Shown here: one piece after another, positions 1 to 13,189 of the stretch
How the letters are laid out: every line of letters begins with the position of its first letter
How positions within the stretch are numbered: the first letter of the stretch is position 1
Source of the DNA: Octopus vulgaris
Taxonomy: Eukaryota
Direction: 5' to 3'
Length of the DNA: 64,000 nucleotides
Assembly: GCA_951406725.2 (NCBI GenBank)
Contig: OX597833.1
Coordinates: forward strand, 21,390,001-21,454,000
Translations under genes and position numbers: made by a program
Notes under the pieces: model-generated
What the model saw: only the letters and a program-made list of their open reading frames with translations
What the model was told of the DNA's origin: nothing
The model's database searches: none

Positions 1-221
1 GACCACTCTCAAAAGTAAAAAAAAAAAACGGGAAAATAATCCAAAATCCTTTTCCGGTACCAGATCGATTCCAAATCTAACGATTTCGTTCCAGCCACGA
101 GGCCAAACATCCCTGAAAGTTTCATCCAAATCCATCCAGCGGTTCTTGAGATATCTTGTCCACGGATAAACAAACAAACGCGACTGAAACAATACCTCCA
201 CCTTCGCTAAGGCGGAGGTAA
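1..221 (+). mobile_element. 3' end of a non-autonomous Helentron/DINE-like element
   Basis: (CAAA)n tract followed by the terminal hairpin TACCTCCACCTT-CGCT-AAGGCGGAGGTA (193-220), resembling the ends of Helentron-associated elements. Confidence 0.45.
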
Positions 222-224
222 TAA

Positions 225-612
225 TCCTTTCTACTGGAAGCACAAGGAAGGGGAAGAGATTAAGTCGATTACATCGCTCTCAGTATGTAACTGGTACGTA
301 ATTTATCGACCCCGAAAGGATGAAAGGCAAAGTCGACTCCGGCGGTATTTGAACTCAACGTGAAGACAGACGAAATACCTATTTCTTTACTACCCACAAG
401 GGGCTAAACATAGAGAGGACAAACAAGGACAGACAAACGGATTAAGTCGATTATATCGACCCCAGTGCGTAACTGGTACTTATTTAATCGACCCCGAAAG
501 GATGAAAGGCAGAGTCGAGCTCGGCGGAATTTGAACTCAGAACGTAACGGCAGACGAAACACGGCTACGCATTTCGCCCGCCGTGCTAACGTGTCTGCCA
601 GCTCGCCGCCTT
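225..612 (-). mobile_element. tRNA-derived SINE family B, dimer (full unit + 5'-truncated unit)
   Basis: Minus strand has an A-box-like TGGCAGA, a B box GAGTTCAAATTCC and the central CCTTTCATCCTTTCGGGGTCGAT motif (resembles the Meta/MESC SINE domain); unit junction at 378/379. Confidence 0.85.
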
Positions 613-641
613 CAACCATTCACATGATGATGATGATGATG

Positions 642-689
<48 letters not shown>

Positions 690-979
690 GTTCTGTCTAA
701 TTTTTGGTACAAGACCAGCAAATTTAAGGGAGGACCATAGATGAATATACTGACCCCTTGCTCAATTGGTGCTTTTTTTAATGACCCCGACAGGATGAAA
801 GATAACGACGACCTCGGTGGAGAATTTGGTCTGGTACCACATTGCAGATCCTCGTGCAGATTACACCAAAGAGTGTAGAAAAAATGACAGATCTTATCCA
901 CCTACATGGATCTTTGTGTTGCAGTTGAGAGGAAAAATCAAACTACCACTTGATTTTTCGCATATATTTGTGTGTGTGT

Positions 980-1036
<57 letters not shown>

Positions 1037-1150
1037 GTTAAGCATGTGAGTGAATGTCAGTTAGTGCATGTCTGTGTGTGAGTGTGCGCATGAGGATATA
1101 TGTATGAATGCATATGCGTTTATGTGTGTATAAATATATATATATATATA

Positions 1151-1380
1151 CAATGTACATTTAAACACATTAAGAGGTTTCCATCATAGGAATCCCTTAC
1201 GCTAGAAAGAACAGCTAAAGTCCAAACCACTCATTAGGGATAAATTCTCGGAGGAAATGAAAAATATTTTTCATTCCCTTCGAGAATTTATCCCTAATTA
1301 GTGCTTTGGACTTTAGCTGTTCTTTCTAGCGTAAGGGATTCCTATGATGGAAACATCTTCTTGTGTTTAAATGTACACTG
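1151..1380. repeat. 230-bp spacer-free palindrome (115-bp arms)
   Basis: Centre ATGAAAAAT|ATTTTTCAT at 1265/1266; about 8 mismatches between the arms by eye. Confidence 0.95.
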
Positions 1381-1455
1381 TATTTTTTATGAATAATATA
1401 GAGTCTATCTAATTTTTCTATACGCTAGGCCACTGATAGTAAAAAATTTCTAAAA

Positions 1456-1792
1456 TTGTTATTACCCAACACACGCAGACCTCCGCGCACGCACATATCC
1501 ACACTTACACGCACATTCCTCCTCCTCCACCATTCTCCTGTCTTTGACAGAACTACTCTTCAGTCTTTGAAAACAACTTTCTTCACCCATTTCCTTCCGC
1601 TCTTTCAAAATGTGACCTCCTCCGTCTTCCCGTCTTTGGATCTTTCCTTCTCCTATGTTTCCGACGAAGAGCTCTACTCGAAACGTTAAACCCTCCTTCT
1701 TTCCTTCTTTCCTGAGCGTCCAATAATATTATATTTGTTCCACGTCCTCGCGTTGTTGTGTTTTTTTGTGCTTTCTTGTTTGGATTAACTTT
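1456..1792 (+). mobile_element. PLE terminal (pLTR) remnant with hammerhead-like motif
   Basis: Homologous to 38345-38640 on the opposite strand; ends in a microsatellite; hammerhead motif at 1657-1691. Confidence 0.65.
1657..1691 (+). ncRNA. Minimal type I hammerhead ribozyme-like motif, U4C core
   Basis: GTTT-CCGACGA-A-GAG(CTCTA)CTC-GAA-ACGT-T-AAAC; stem I GTTT/AAAC, palindromic stem III. Confidence 0.55.
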
Positions 1793-2179
1793 ATATATGT
1801 GTGTGTGTGTGTGTGTGTTTTTGCTACCACTTTAACCCTCCGCAAAAAATCCCAAATTATATTTAATTTGCTTTGCGGGAAGGACTGTTTTAACGAAGAC
1901 GCGTCTTGTCCCTACCTTCGAACGCGGAGTAGATGAATGAAAGACAACTGATGAAGGGGAATGTTCTTTATGTTGCCTGTCTCGTTTCTCTGTTTCTTTC
2001 GTTGTTCGAAAAAAGTTCATTTTCTATGTTTTTGTATTTTATGTTCTCGTTTCTCATTTTGTCTACGTTTTTTTATATACTGTACCCATATATGCATGTG
2101 TATATACATATATCTGTAGATATCCACATATATGTATATATGCATATACGTATATATCATTTATTTTAATACACGCATA

Positions 2180-2735
<556 letters not shown>

Positions 2736-3567
2736 AATTTAAGTCAATATGCCAGTGCTTGCATATGGCATGTGTGTATGCATCTGTGTGAAAGTGAATA
2801 TAAGTGTCAGCTGGTGCACACGTATGTGTGTGCGTTTATTTGAATGTGTTTATAGATTATCCCAGTAATCCAATAATCACAAACATGAACCACATCAGTA
2901 ATTTAGGTCAAGGTTCTACGAAAATATATAAATATATACTACACCTGCTATTTGTGTAAATGTGTATGCACGTATGTACGTATGTATGTATGTATGTATG
3001 TATGTATGTATGTATGTATGTATGTATGTATGCATGTATGTATGTATGTATGTATGTATGTATGTATGTATGTATGTATGTATGTATGTATGTATGTATG
3101 TATGTATTGATGGTATGTATGTGTTTCTGCGTGTGCGAGTGTATTTAAGTGTGTATGTATGCTTCTATGTACTTTAATATAAATAAACGTATGTATTTAT
3201 TACATGTACGTACGTATGTATATATGTATATATGTATGCATGTATGTACGTATGAACGTATGTATGTACTATATACGTATGTATGTTTGTAAGTATGTAT
3301 GATCTATTTTAAAGTATTTGAAGTCTTCCTATTCAAAAAAAAGGAGCTGATTTCTAACAAAGATACAAATTTCTGTCAACGGAATGCAGATAAAAACAAA
3401 TACACATTTTAGACTTGAGAAAAATCTCACTTGTTTTTACTTTTCCGCTTATTGATCGTAATTGTAATATATGGGTTAACTAGATTATTTCTTTTTCTAA
3501 AAACCCTACCTTTTCCAGATTGTCATTCCGGCATTTACTCGCAAAATTAAGTACAACAATCATTTCT

Positions 3568-4350
3568 TATTTCTTTATTGCCCACAAGGGGCTAAACATA
3601 GAGGGGACAAACAAGGAGAGACAAAGGGATTAAGTCGATTACATCGACCCCAGTCCGTAACTGGTGCTTAATTTATCGACACCGAAAGGATGAAAGGCAA
3701 AGTCGACCTCGGCGGAATTTGAACTCAGAACGTAATGGCAGACGAAATACCTATTTCTTTACTGCCCACAAGGGGCTACACACAGAGGGGACAAACAAGG
3801 ACAGACAAACGGATCAAGTCGATTACATCGACCCCAGTCCGTAACTGGTACTTATTTAATCGACACCGAAAGGATGAAAGGCAAAGTCGACCTCGGCGGA
3901 ATTTGAACTCAGAACGTAATATCAGACGAAATACCTATTTCTTTACTACCCACAATAAGCTACACACAGAGGGGACAAACAAGGACAGACAAACGGATCA
4001 AGTCGATTACATCGACCCCAGTGCGTAACTCGTACTTAATTTATCGACCTCGAAAGGATGAAAGGCAAAGTCGACCTCGGCAGAATTTGAACTTAGAACG
4101 TAATGGCAGACGAAATACCTATTTCTTTATCACCCACAAGGGGCTAAACACAGAGAGGACAAACAGGGACAGACAAACGAATTAAGTCGATTATATCGAC
4201 CCCAGTGCGTAACTGGTACTTATTTAATCGACCCCGAAAGGATGAAAGGCAAAGTCGACCTCGGCGGAATTTGAAATCACAACGTAACTGCAGACGAAAT
4301 ACGGCTACGTATTTTGCCCAGCGTGCTAACGATTCTGCTAGCTCGCCACC
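3568..4350 (-). mobile_element. SINE family B tetramer (one full + three identically truncated units, 184-bp period)
   Basis: Junctions GACGAAATAC|CTATTTC at 3750, 3934 and 4118; 13-bp TSD AACAATCATTTCT at 3555-3567 and 4351-4363. Confidence 0.92.
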
Positions 4351-4364
4351 AACAATCATTTCTG

Positions 4365-6780
4365 CTATAAAAGTGAATGTATAATCCGTGTATAGAAGAT
4401 GAAGTTTTCGAAACAGTTGTCCGTGGTTATGGTTTTTCTATTTGATTTCCGAAGAGATGTTCACATCAGCAGGGCAACTGATCTCTACGACGTTGCATAC
4501 CTTTCCTTGTCTGTCTCTAACGACAATATCCGGCCTGTTATGTTTGCAGTGTTTTCTATCAAAACATTCCTAGAAGTTTTAATAGGAATGTTCCATCAAT
4601 ATTCCTTCTGTTAATGCTTATCTATGTATTCCATAACAAATCGATTATAATATGTATATTCAATAACAGGAAGACTCTCTATATTTATTCCTGGACAGTC
4701 GTTTATTTCGATGGGCTGGCATATTATTTTAGCAACAATGTCATGTCGCATTGGAAGAGAATATTTGATAATATTTTTGTGCAGCTGCTGATCAAATGTG
4801 TGATGCCTCTCACAAAAACGTGACATTTTTGGTTGCATTTTGAAACTCCAAAGTCTTCACTACCTCTTCCGTTTATAGATCGCAGGTGCATAGTCTTCGA
4901 AGTGTGATGTGATGTAGCGGTCACGAGTCCAAGAAAGGTTACACTTCATTTCGTTATTAGTGTCATGTTCAAGTCTTCAGGAAACACTAATGCATAGTCT
5001 TCTTGCAGGTTTTAATATCTATGGAGTGGATTTCCTCGACAGACCAATCAAACAGCTTAAATGTTGGTATCACTACTGGTACAGCAAAATCATCGTTGGG
5101 CGTTCACTTGTAAAAAGAGAGTTCCGACGGCCATATTTTTCTAAGTCCGGTTTAATATTTGCGCGTCATTCTATCTTAATTCACCGCTCCCTCGTCCGGT
5201 ATATTTTCATCAATGTTTAGGTATTTGGAATATTCTTTACGTGGAATAGAAGAGATAAGAAACTGATGATTCACAGGTTTGGGGCTTGGTAAATTGATTT
5301 TCTACTTCCGATAAACAAATGCGAACACTTCTTTTGGCCAAATTCCATTCGTGTGTTAACTGAAAATATTGTTATTAACTTCATTTGCTTTTTTGGCACA
5401 GTAAGCATTTTTAGCATAGATCTTCAGGGCATCCACGAAGAAATTATGAACTATATTGATATTTCTAAGCAGTTGCAGACCCAAGCATGTAGCCACTAAA
5501 CTTTTTTTTAACAGAAATGATATCGGATTTAATGCCAAACTAAACAGAATTACAGAAAGATTATCTCATTAGAATATTCCGTCCTCAGTTATATATTTAA
5601 GGATTGTTGCCCAGGTCTTTGGGAGCGTCTCAACGACAGCAACTAAGATAGCAGGTATTTTTGCCTAGTGCAGAGAACGCAGTTGTCATGAGTGAGGAAT
5701 AGAGACGAATGCTTTCTTATAATCGAACCAACTGTCATAAGATTTCTACGGTGTTTTCTTACTTTAGACACTACAGCTTTGTCTATCAAAAGGTGTTTGG
5801 CATATCCCTACGCTGCCCTCTTTCCACTTGCCTGCTCATCAATTACTGTGTTATTGGACTCAGCATGATTCTGGAGAAATTAGTTGAGTTGGCTTGTGTA
5901 AACCTTGTCCATAAGACGTAGACAGGCAACGGGCCTTCAGTTTTCTGTCAACTCGGTTGTGCCGCTGATGACTTATCGTTCATGTTGAGGTTCATCATCG
6001 GTCACGAGAGTTGGGTCACTGATACGACCCTGAGGCGGAGCAGCAGTTGTCACAATGGAAGAGCCCTTCATCTCCGTACAATGGTAAGTCCATTTGGTAT
6101 GTCAATCTTACCTTCCAAAGTCCTTTCCAGTACACATATTAATAGTTTTCTGTAAAACGTCAATCTCTTGTACCAATATCCAACTATTAGATCTCTTCCA
6201 GGTGTCTTCCGATAATGCAGTTTCCTTAAAGCAACTGTGAAAGTTTCGGGATCAATTTGCGTATGTTCTATTGTCGATGTTGGTACAGTATTCTTTCGTA
6301 ACTGTATTTAACCACAATTCATTATGGTTGAACTCTCTCTCTCTTTTCATTTCAGATCTTAGAGACCAGAATACTTCAAGATCTTCTTGAGAAGGTGGTT
6401 TTAACGGCGATGCTTTCTTTTCTCACGGTATAACACCTGCGGATTGAAAGAAATCTACAATCCATCAGCTATTCGCAATACCAGTGAACTCATTATTCAT
6501 TATTTCACGTATCGGAGGCAACAGATCTCTTCTAGGCAGGTGGCTAACTGCGAGCTCAAATCATTGACAAACCTGGGGGTACCAAAATGCATCTGGAATT
6601 TTCATCAGACGCTATCTGGAGGATTTTTCATTTCCTTTCGATACATATTGTGAGTTTAAATACAACAAATCCGTAGGTGAATACATCTAGAAGAAAACTA
6701 AAGTTACTTGCTTGCCAACAGTGTATATACCATTAAATGGTATATTTCAGATGGCTGAATAAAACTACATTATAGGTCAC
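4365..6780 (-). mobile_element. Decayed RLE-type non-LTR retrotransposon (R4/Dong-like)
   Basis: Fragmented translations ALNPISFLL...HNFFVDALKIYAK (RT catalytic region), MEFGQKKC, FAVPVV, ITHLISSC...MRHDIVAK (zinc knuckle) and KHNRPDIVVRD...VVEISCP (restriction-like endonuclease); upper boundary uncertain. Confidence 0.8.
5890..6077 (+). mobile_element. Mariner transposase fragment nested in the LINE
   Basis: Degenerate ITGDESWV-YDPE-QQ-SQWKSPSSP-like segment; a second IITGDEIWVYWYD fragment at about 6795-6843. Confidence 0.65.
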
Positions 6781-6841
6781 AGAAGTGGTGTTAGATTTCG
6801 AGGATCATCACCGGTGACGAGATTTGGGTCTATTGGTACGA

Positions 6842-7808
6842 CATGCTTCCGGGTTCAGTCCCACTGTGTGGCATCTTAGCAGTGCCTTCTACTATGGCCT
6901 CGGGCCGACCAAAGCCTTGTGATTGGATTTGGTAGACGGAAACTGAAAGAAGCCTGTCGTATACATGTGTCCGGTTCTTGACTGATGATTGAGGGCTTCG
7001 AATGTCCCGTCCGTGTTTTTTGTGTCGTCTTCTAAATGTTTCACGTTCTTGTCCCAGTTTGTATATTTTTTTTACTTTTACATATATACATGGCGGCTAC
7101 GTACCCCTTTTTGACCCTATACGTAAGTATATACTCTTTAACATTGGTACGACTCTACTACATTGTCTCTTCCCCCTTCTCCTACATTTCTCTGCCTTCA
7201 CCCTTTGCACTCCCCTTGATCTGTCTCTTTCTCTCTCTTTCTTCTCCTCTCTTGTTCCCCTTCTTTCTTTCTCTCTTCATCTGTCCCTTTCTCCTCTCTT
7301 TTGTCCTCACGTGACCAGCCACCGACTACTGCCTTTTCGCATCCAGCAGTCATTGTGGCAAGACACACTTGTTTGTTTCTCTGTGGCCTTAAGGCACTCT
7401 TCTATAGCCAGCTCAAAAGTTAACTCGTCCTGTCGAAAAGACGCTTGTCCTGACGTCCTGGTTTTGTTGTTATCCTTACCATTATTGTTTTTACGTATTT
7501 TGTATTCATATTCGTGCTATCATTATTGTTTTTACGTATTTTTGTATTTTTATTCGTGTAACATCGTCCGTTTTCCGTCCCTGTGTTGTATACATTCGAG
7601 GCTTTCTTCCAAGGAATCTAATGCGCTTGGCTTAGATTTCTCTTGGGAGCTGCCCAGATCGGAGCAATCTCAAGATTAATCAGCCGAAATTGCGAAGTTG
7701 ATCCGGTTCTTGACTGATGATTGAGGGCTTCGAATGTCCCGTCCGTGTTTTTTGTGTCGTCTTCTAAATGTTTCACGTTCTTGTCCAGTTTGTATATTTT
7801 TTTACTTT

Positions 7809-7875
<67 letters not shown>

Positions 7876-8097
7876 TTTATATGTATGTGTGTGTGTATGT
7901 TTGTGTTGCTACTCCCTCCAACATCGCATTGACAACTGATGCTGGTGTGTTTACGTCTCCGCAACTTAGCGATTCGGCCAAAGAGACCGATAGAATAACT
8001 TCTAGGCTTACAAAGAATAAGTCTTGCTGTCGATTTGCTCGACTAAAGGCGGTGATCCAGCATGGCCGCAATGAAATGACTGAAACAAGTAAAAGAA
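6842..8097 (+). mobile_element. SINE family A interrupted at its internal microsatellite
   Basis: 5' half at 6842-6960 and 3' half at about 7895-8097 match the intact copy at 37929-38328. Confidence 0.85.
6970..7812 (+). mobile_element. Non-coding element with about 110-bp terminal direct repeats (PLE pLTR-like)
   Basis: 6970-7085 is nearly identical to 7702-7812; a further copy of the same tail lies at 40775-40890 (minus); inserted at a TA microsatellite. Confidence 0.65.
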
Positions 8098-8200
8098 AGA
8101 ATATAAAAATATATATGTGTGTGTGTGTGTGTGTGTATATATATTTACATATATATATATATATAAATATATATATATATACACACATACATATATATAC

Positions 8201-8280
<80 letters not shown>

Positions 8281-8549
8281 GCAATTGATCACTGATGAAA
8301 CACCTTTGGCTATACGTTTTTTAGTGTATCCGTGGGGTTTCACCTTTCCTAAACAACAACAACGATAACTACAACCGCAGCAGCAACATCAACTAATATT
8401 ACTACAAGATCGGTAAAGAATTATGAGCCAAAAATAGCAGCCAAATCTGCCTCAGGTGAAAAAAATATTTTGCCGGCTTTAAATACGATATGTGACAGGA
8501 TGGGCTTCGATCGTAAAATTTCTTCGATCAGGCCTGACCTAGGGCTAAA

Positions 8550-8585
<36 letters not shown>

Positions 8586-8590
8586 GACTA

Positions 8591-8644
<54 letters not shown>

Positions 8645-8689
8645 TTACTACTACTACTGCTGCTGTACCTGCTGCTGCTGCTGCTGCTG

Positions 8690-8783
<94 letters not shown>

Positions 8784-8899
8784 CATTACCACCACCACCA
8801 CAGCCACTACTACCACTACTACGGCTCCTGCTGTTGCTGCTACTACACCTCTCCTACTCCTACCACTACTACTACTAACACCACCACCAGAACTACAAA

Positions 8900-8983
<84 letters not shown>

Positions 8984-9362
8984 TGCTGCCACTGTTGCTG
9001 CTGCTGCTACTACTACTACTACTACTAATAATAATAATACTAATACTAATACTACCACCATCACCACCACCACCAGAGTCACTACTACCACAACTTTGCT
9101 CCTGGTGTTGCTGCTACTACACCTACTCCTACTCCTCCTCCTACTACTACTACTACTAACACCACCACCAGAACTACAAATACTACTACTACTACTGTGA
9201 CAACACTTGCATCAGCTATAATAAGGAATACTAAACTGCTGATGCTGCTACTACGCCTATTACGCACAACTGCTGATGCAGCTGCACTTCAAGCTGCTGC
9301 TTCTACTACTACTGCTGCTAACACCACTGCTCTTACTACTACTACGACTACTACTACTACTT
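8550..9362. repeat. Compound trinucleotide tract (CTA)n/(CTG)n/(CCA)n with an internal duplication
   Basis: CTAACACCACCACCAGAACTACAAATACTAC occurs near both 8875 and 9156. Confidence 0.95.
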
Positions 9363-9699
9363 GTTCCTCTTATATAGCTCCAGGTCGACGCCTCATTGGG
9401 ATGGCTGATGATTAAAATGTGATCCAGGATGTGATGTCTAACCTCTCTTTACATATAAGTCACTATGTTGTCTGAGATAAAATATATATATATACATATA
9501 TATATGTGTGTGTGTGTGTGTGTGTTTGTGTGTGTATAGCGAGAGTTTGAGAGAGAAAGAGAGAGAGGTATATATATATATATATCACATTGTTCCGGGT
9601 TTAGTCCTGCTGCGTGTCTTCTACTATAGTCTCGGGCCGACCAAAGCTTTGTGAGTAGATTTGGTCGATGGAAACTGGAAGAAGCCCGTCGTATATATG

Positions 9700-9749
<50 letters not shown>

Positions 9750-10180
9750 TGTGTGTGTCTGTATTTGTCCTCTCACCACCGCTTGACAACCGATATTGGT
9801 GTGTTTAAATCCCTGTAACTTGGCGGTTTGGCAAAAGTGACCGATAGATTATATATATATATATATTTCTACTCAAATATTCTAAATGGCCTGAGTTGCT
9901 CGTCCTGCCTTGGTTTTGGTTTCCTTTTCCTTTAACATATACTTGCTGACTAAGAAGCCAACTACGGATCCCTATCCCCAGCACCAGCTGCAAATTTGGA
10001 ACCTATCGGATGACTGACCAATTATAGCACTTAGGCAGCGTACATGTTCGTTTAGATCACCAGCGAATTAAGCCCCTCATATTCTTTATATATATATATA
10101 TATACACACACACGCACACACACATATATAGATACATATGTATATACATACATACATACATACATACATACATACATACA

Positions 10181-10216
<36 letters not shown>

Positions 10217-10237
10217 CACACATACATACACACGTAT

Positions 10238-10344
<107 letters not shown>

Positions 10345-10363
10345 ATTATATATATATTTTTTT

Positions 10364-10428
10364 TAATAGTTACCAGGGCAGCAACAATCTCACAAGTAAA
10401 GGTGTTGTAACTCCATTTTTTTTTTTTA

Positions 10429-10470
<42 letters not shown>

Positions 10471-10530
10471 TAAAAAATTGGAGTTACAACACCTTTACTT
10501 GTGAGATTGTTGCCGCCCTGGTAACTATTT
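10364..10530. repeat. Inverted repeat (about 68-bp arms) around a (TA)n spacer
   Basis: AATAGTTACCAGGGC...GTAACTCC / GGAGTTAC...GCCCTGGTAACTATT. Confidence 0.93.
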
Positions 10531-10575
10531 ATTTATTTTTCCGTGTTAATTGTTAACAAGGTAAAAATACACTCA

Positions 10576-10679
<104 letters not shown>

Positions 10680-10686
10680 TATGTAT

Positions 10687-10848
10687 ATTATTTGTATGTA
10701 TATTGGACTGCAGCCATTCTGGAGCAACACGAAGAATTCTTTTAGTCGAACGAATCGACCATAGTCCTCATGTTTTTAAACCTGGTATTCGTTCTATCGA
10801 TCTCTTTTACCGAACTACTAAACGTAAAGACACAAACACACACGCACG

Positions 10849-10926
<78 letters not shown>

Positions 10927-11070
10927 CGACGGGCTTCTTTCAGTTTCCGTCTACGAAATCCTCTTGCTTGGCTTGGGTCGGCCCCGGGACTGTAGTAAAA
11001 GACAGTTTCCCAAGATGCCACATATCAGGACTGAACCCGAAACGATGTGGTTGTTAAGCGAACCATGGCC
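10687..11070 (-). mobile_element. SINE family A, diverged
   Basis: Reverse-complement similarity to 37929-38328. Confidence 0.75.
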
Positions 11071-11814
11071 AGCGCTTGGTCTCTCTCTCTCTCTCTCTCT
11101 CGCTTTCTGTATATATATATTATATCCTACTTTTGTTACACCTGAAGATGGACGAATAGCCGCAGGAATTTTCGTGAGAGAGTACAGATGGTATCTGGTT
11201 TCTTTTGGTGGTGGTAGTGGTGGTGGTGGTGTTGGTGGTGGTGGTGGTGGTGGTGGCGGCGGTGGTGGTGGTTGTGTGTGTGTGTGTGAGAGAGATAGAG
11301 CGAAAGAGAGAGAGAGAGAGAGCGCGTGTGGGGAATGTGGTACACCCTCTTGTCAGTTGTTGCCAATTCTATCAGAGAGAAAGAGAGAGTGAATGGGTGA
11401 GTTACAGAAAGAAAAAAAAGCAAGCAAGGAAGAAAGAAAGAAAGAAAGAAAGAAAGTTAGCGAAAAAATAAAGAAAGAGAAAGAGAAAATAGATAAAGCA
11501 CGAAAGAAGGCACCTTGTATTTGTTTGGTAGTTTAAATATTGACCCTAAATGTAAAAAAAAAAAAACGGTAGAGTTACATAACTTCGTTAGGGTTTGAAC
11601 TCAGATTACAATGAGTCTACAACGACACTCTAATCGATTCTGCCAACTCGCAACGTGTTATGTAATATCTACTACCAACTACTTACTATTGAATAATTTC
11701 CTTTCCCTATTCCTCAGTAAATAGTAATCTGATGTCTCTGAAGTTTCTTCTGAATAAAAACAAACCACCAAGCTGCTTACGAGAACTGAGTGAGCCAACG
11801 AATGAGCGGCTGCG

Positions 11815-12098
11815 TGGTCGATCGAACGACCAGAAAAAGTAGCTAAATCTCCCTCAAGCCAAATCCGGGCGTTCCGGAGAAGAAGACGAACACATTAGAT
11901 AATGTAGTCCTTGATGCACTGGGCCTTAGAAAAAGCTGAGGTGTGTTATGGCTAGAATGCCCATCTGAGATCGATCGAATGGCAGGAAAAGGTAGCCAAA
12001 TCTCCCTCAAAACCAAATCCGGCCGCATTGAGTGAAGAAGACGAACACATTAGACAATGTAGTCTTTGATGCACTGGGCCTTGGAAGAAGCCGAGGTC
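11815..12098 (+). repeat. Two tandem related units (period about 153 bp) of a dispersed repeat
   Basis: AAATCTCCCTCAA-CCAAATCCGG...GAAGACGAACACATTAGA...GATGCACTGGGCCTT occurs twice. Confidence 0.85.
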
Positions 12099-12274
12099 AC
12101 CTTTGGAATGCCTTTGACCACAAGTCTGCTAGACCAGGTTTGACCTGTGACTAAAGAATAGCAAGTAAATGAACGAACGAGTCTTTATGTGGTCACTCAC
12201 TCTGCTAGAAACAACAGTGAAATGTCTATCAGATCATTTTCTACAAACAGATCTTTTTAAATATAAACAGGATA

Positions 12275-12659
12275 GGCGTAGGAGTGGCTTACGAACCACA
12301 TGGTTCCGAGTTCAGTCCTACTGCGTGGCACCTTGGGCATGTGTCTTTTACTATAGCCTCGGGCCGACCAAAGCCTTGTGAGTGGATTTGGTAGACGGAA
12401 ACTGAAAGCATCCCGTCGTATATATGTATATATATGTGTATGTATGTGCATATATGTTTGTGTGTCTGTGTTTGTCCCCTCAACATCGCTTGACAACTGA
12501 TGCTGGAGTGTTTACGTCCCCGTCACTTAGCGGTTCGGCAAAAGAGACCGATAGAATAAGTACTAGGCTTACAAACAATAAGTCCTGGGGTCGATTTGCT
12601 TGACTAAAGGCGGTGCTCCAGCATGGCTGCCGTCAAATGACTGAAAAGAGTAAAAGAGT
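12275..12659 (+). mobile_element. SINE family A
   Basis: B box GAGTTCAGTCC, core CCTTGGGCA-GTG, internal microsatellite, AAAAGAGT tail. Confidence 0.9.
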
Positions 12660-12919
12660 GAAGAGTGGGGTGGCTACGGTTGGAATGTCTTTGAATGTAA
12701 GGGTTATTTTCCTTGAGGGCTGGGACTGGGGCCAAGCAAAAACGACGCCTGCGTCTTCACACTCGAGAGAAGAAAACCCGCTCACTCGACCTGCCAGAAA
12801 TAGAAACCAAATCTCTCACAAATCATCCCCACGACTTGAAATGGTATGGAAGACACATTGGGTTATGTTGTCCGAGATAGACTCATATCTGGAAAAGAAA
12901 CGGAGATGCAGTGGTCACA

Positions 12920-13126
12920 ACCGAAGCACAAAAACCAACAAACATGGGGGAAGAGGGAAAATCAATTATGTCCATCTAGTGCTTGACTGGTACTTATTTT
13001 ATCGGCCACGAAAGGATGAAAGGGAAAATCGACCTTGCCGGAAATTGAACTCAGATCGTAAAGTGTCGTAAAAGTTCCTCTATGCATATTGTTCGGCGCT
13101 CTAGCGATTCTGCCAGCTCGGTGCCT
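12920..13126 (-). mobile_element. SINE family B, diverged
   Basis: GAAAGGATGAAAGG...GAAATTGAACTCAGA on the plus strand. Confidence 0.75.
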
Positions 13127-13189
13127 TACCTTGGGGTTACATAATAACATTACTTCAAACAGCACACCACCAACAACAACACCAGGAGT

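Noticed and set aside
1940-1990. CTGATGA hammerhead candidate (also near 8292, 11141 and 14279)
   Set aside because: No matching stem II-GAAA or closing stems found
3568-4350. CRISPR-like regular array
   Set aside because: Whole 184-bp units repeat, with no unique spacers; these are SINE copies in eukaryotic DNA with no cas genes
6980-7010. CTGATGA as a hammerhead core
   Set aside because: No stem I/III, and the motif is not conserved in the copy at 40840-40880
8421-9415. Mucin-like poly-Thr/Ala ORFs
   Set aside because: Trinucleotide microsatellite; no splice or domain support
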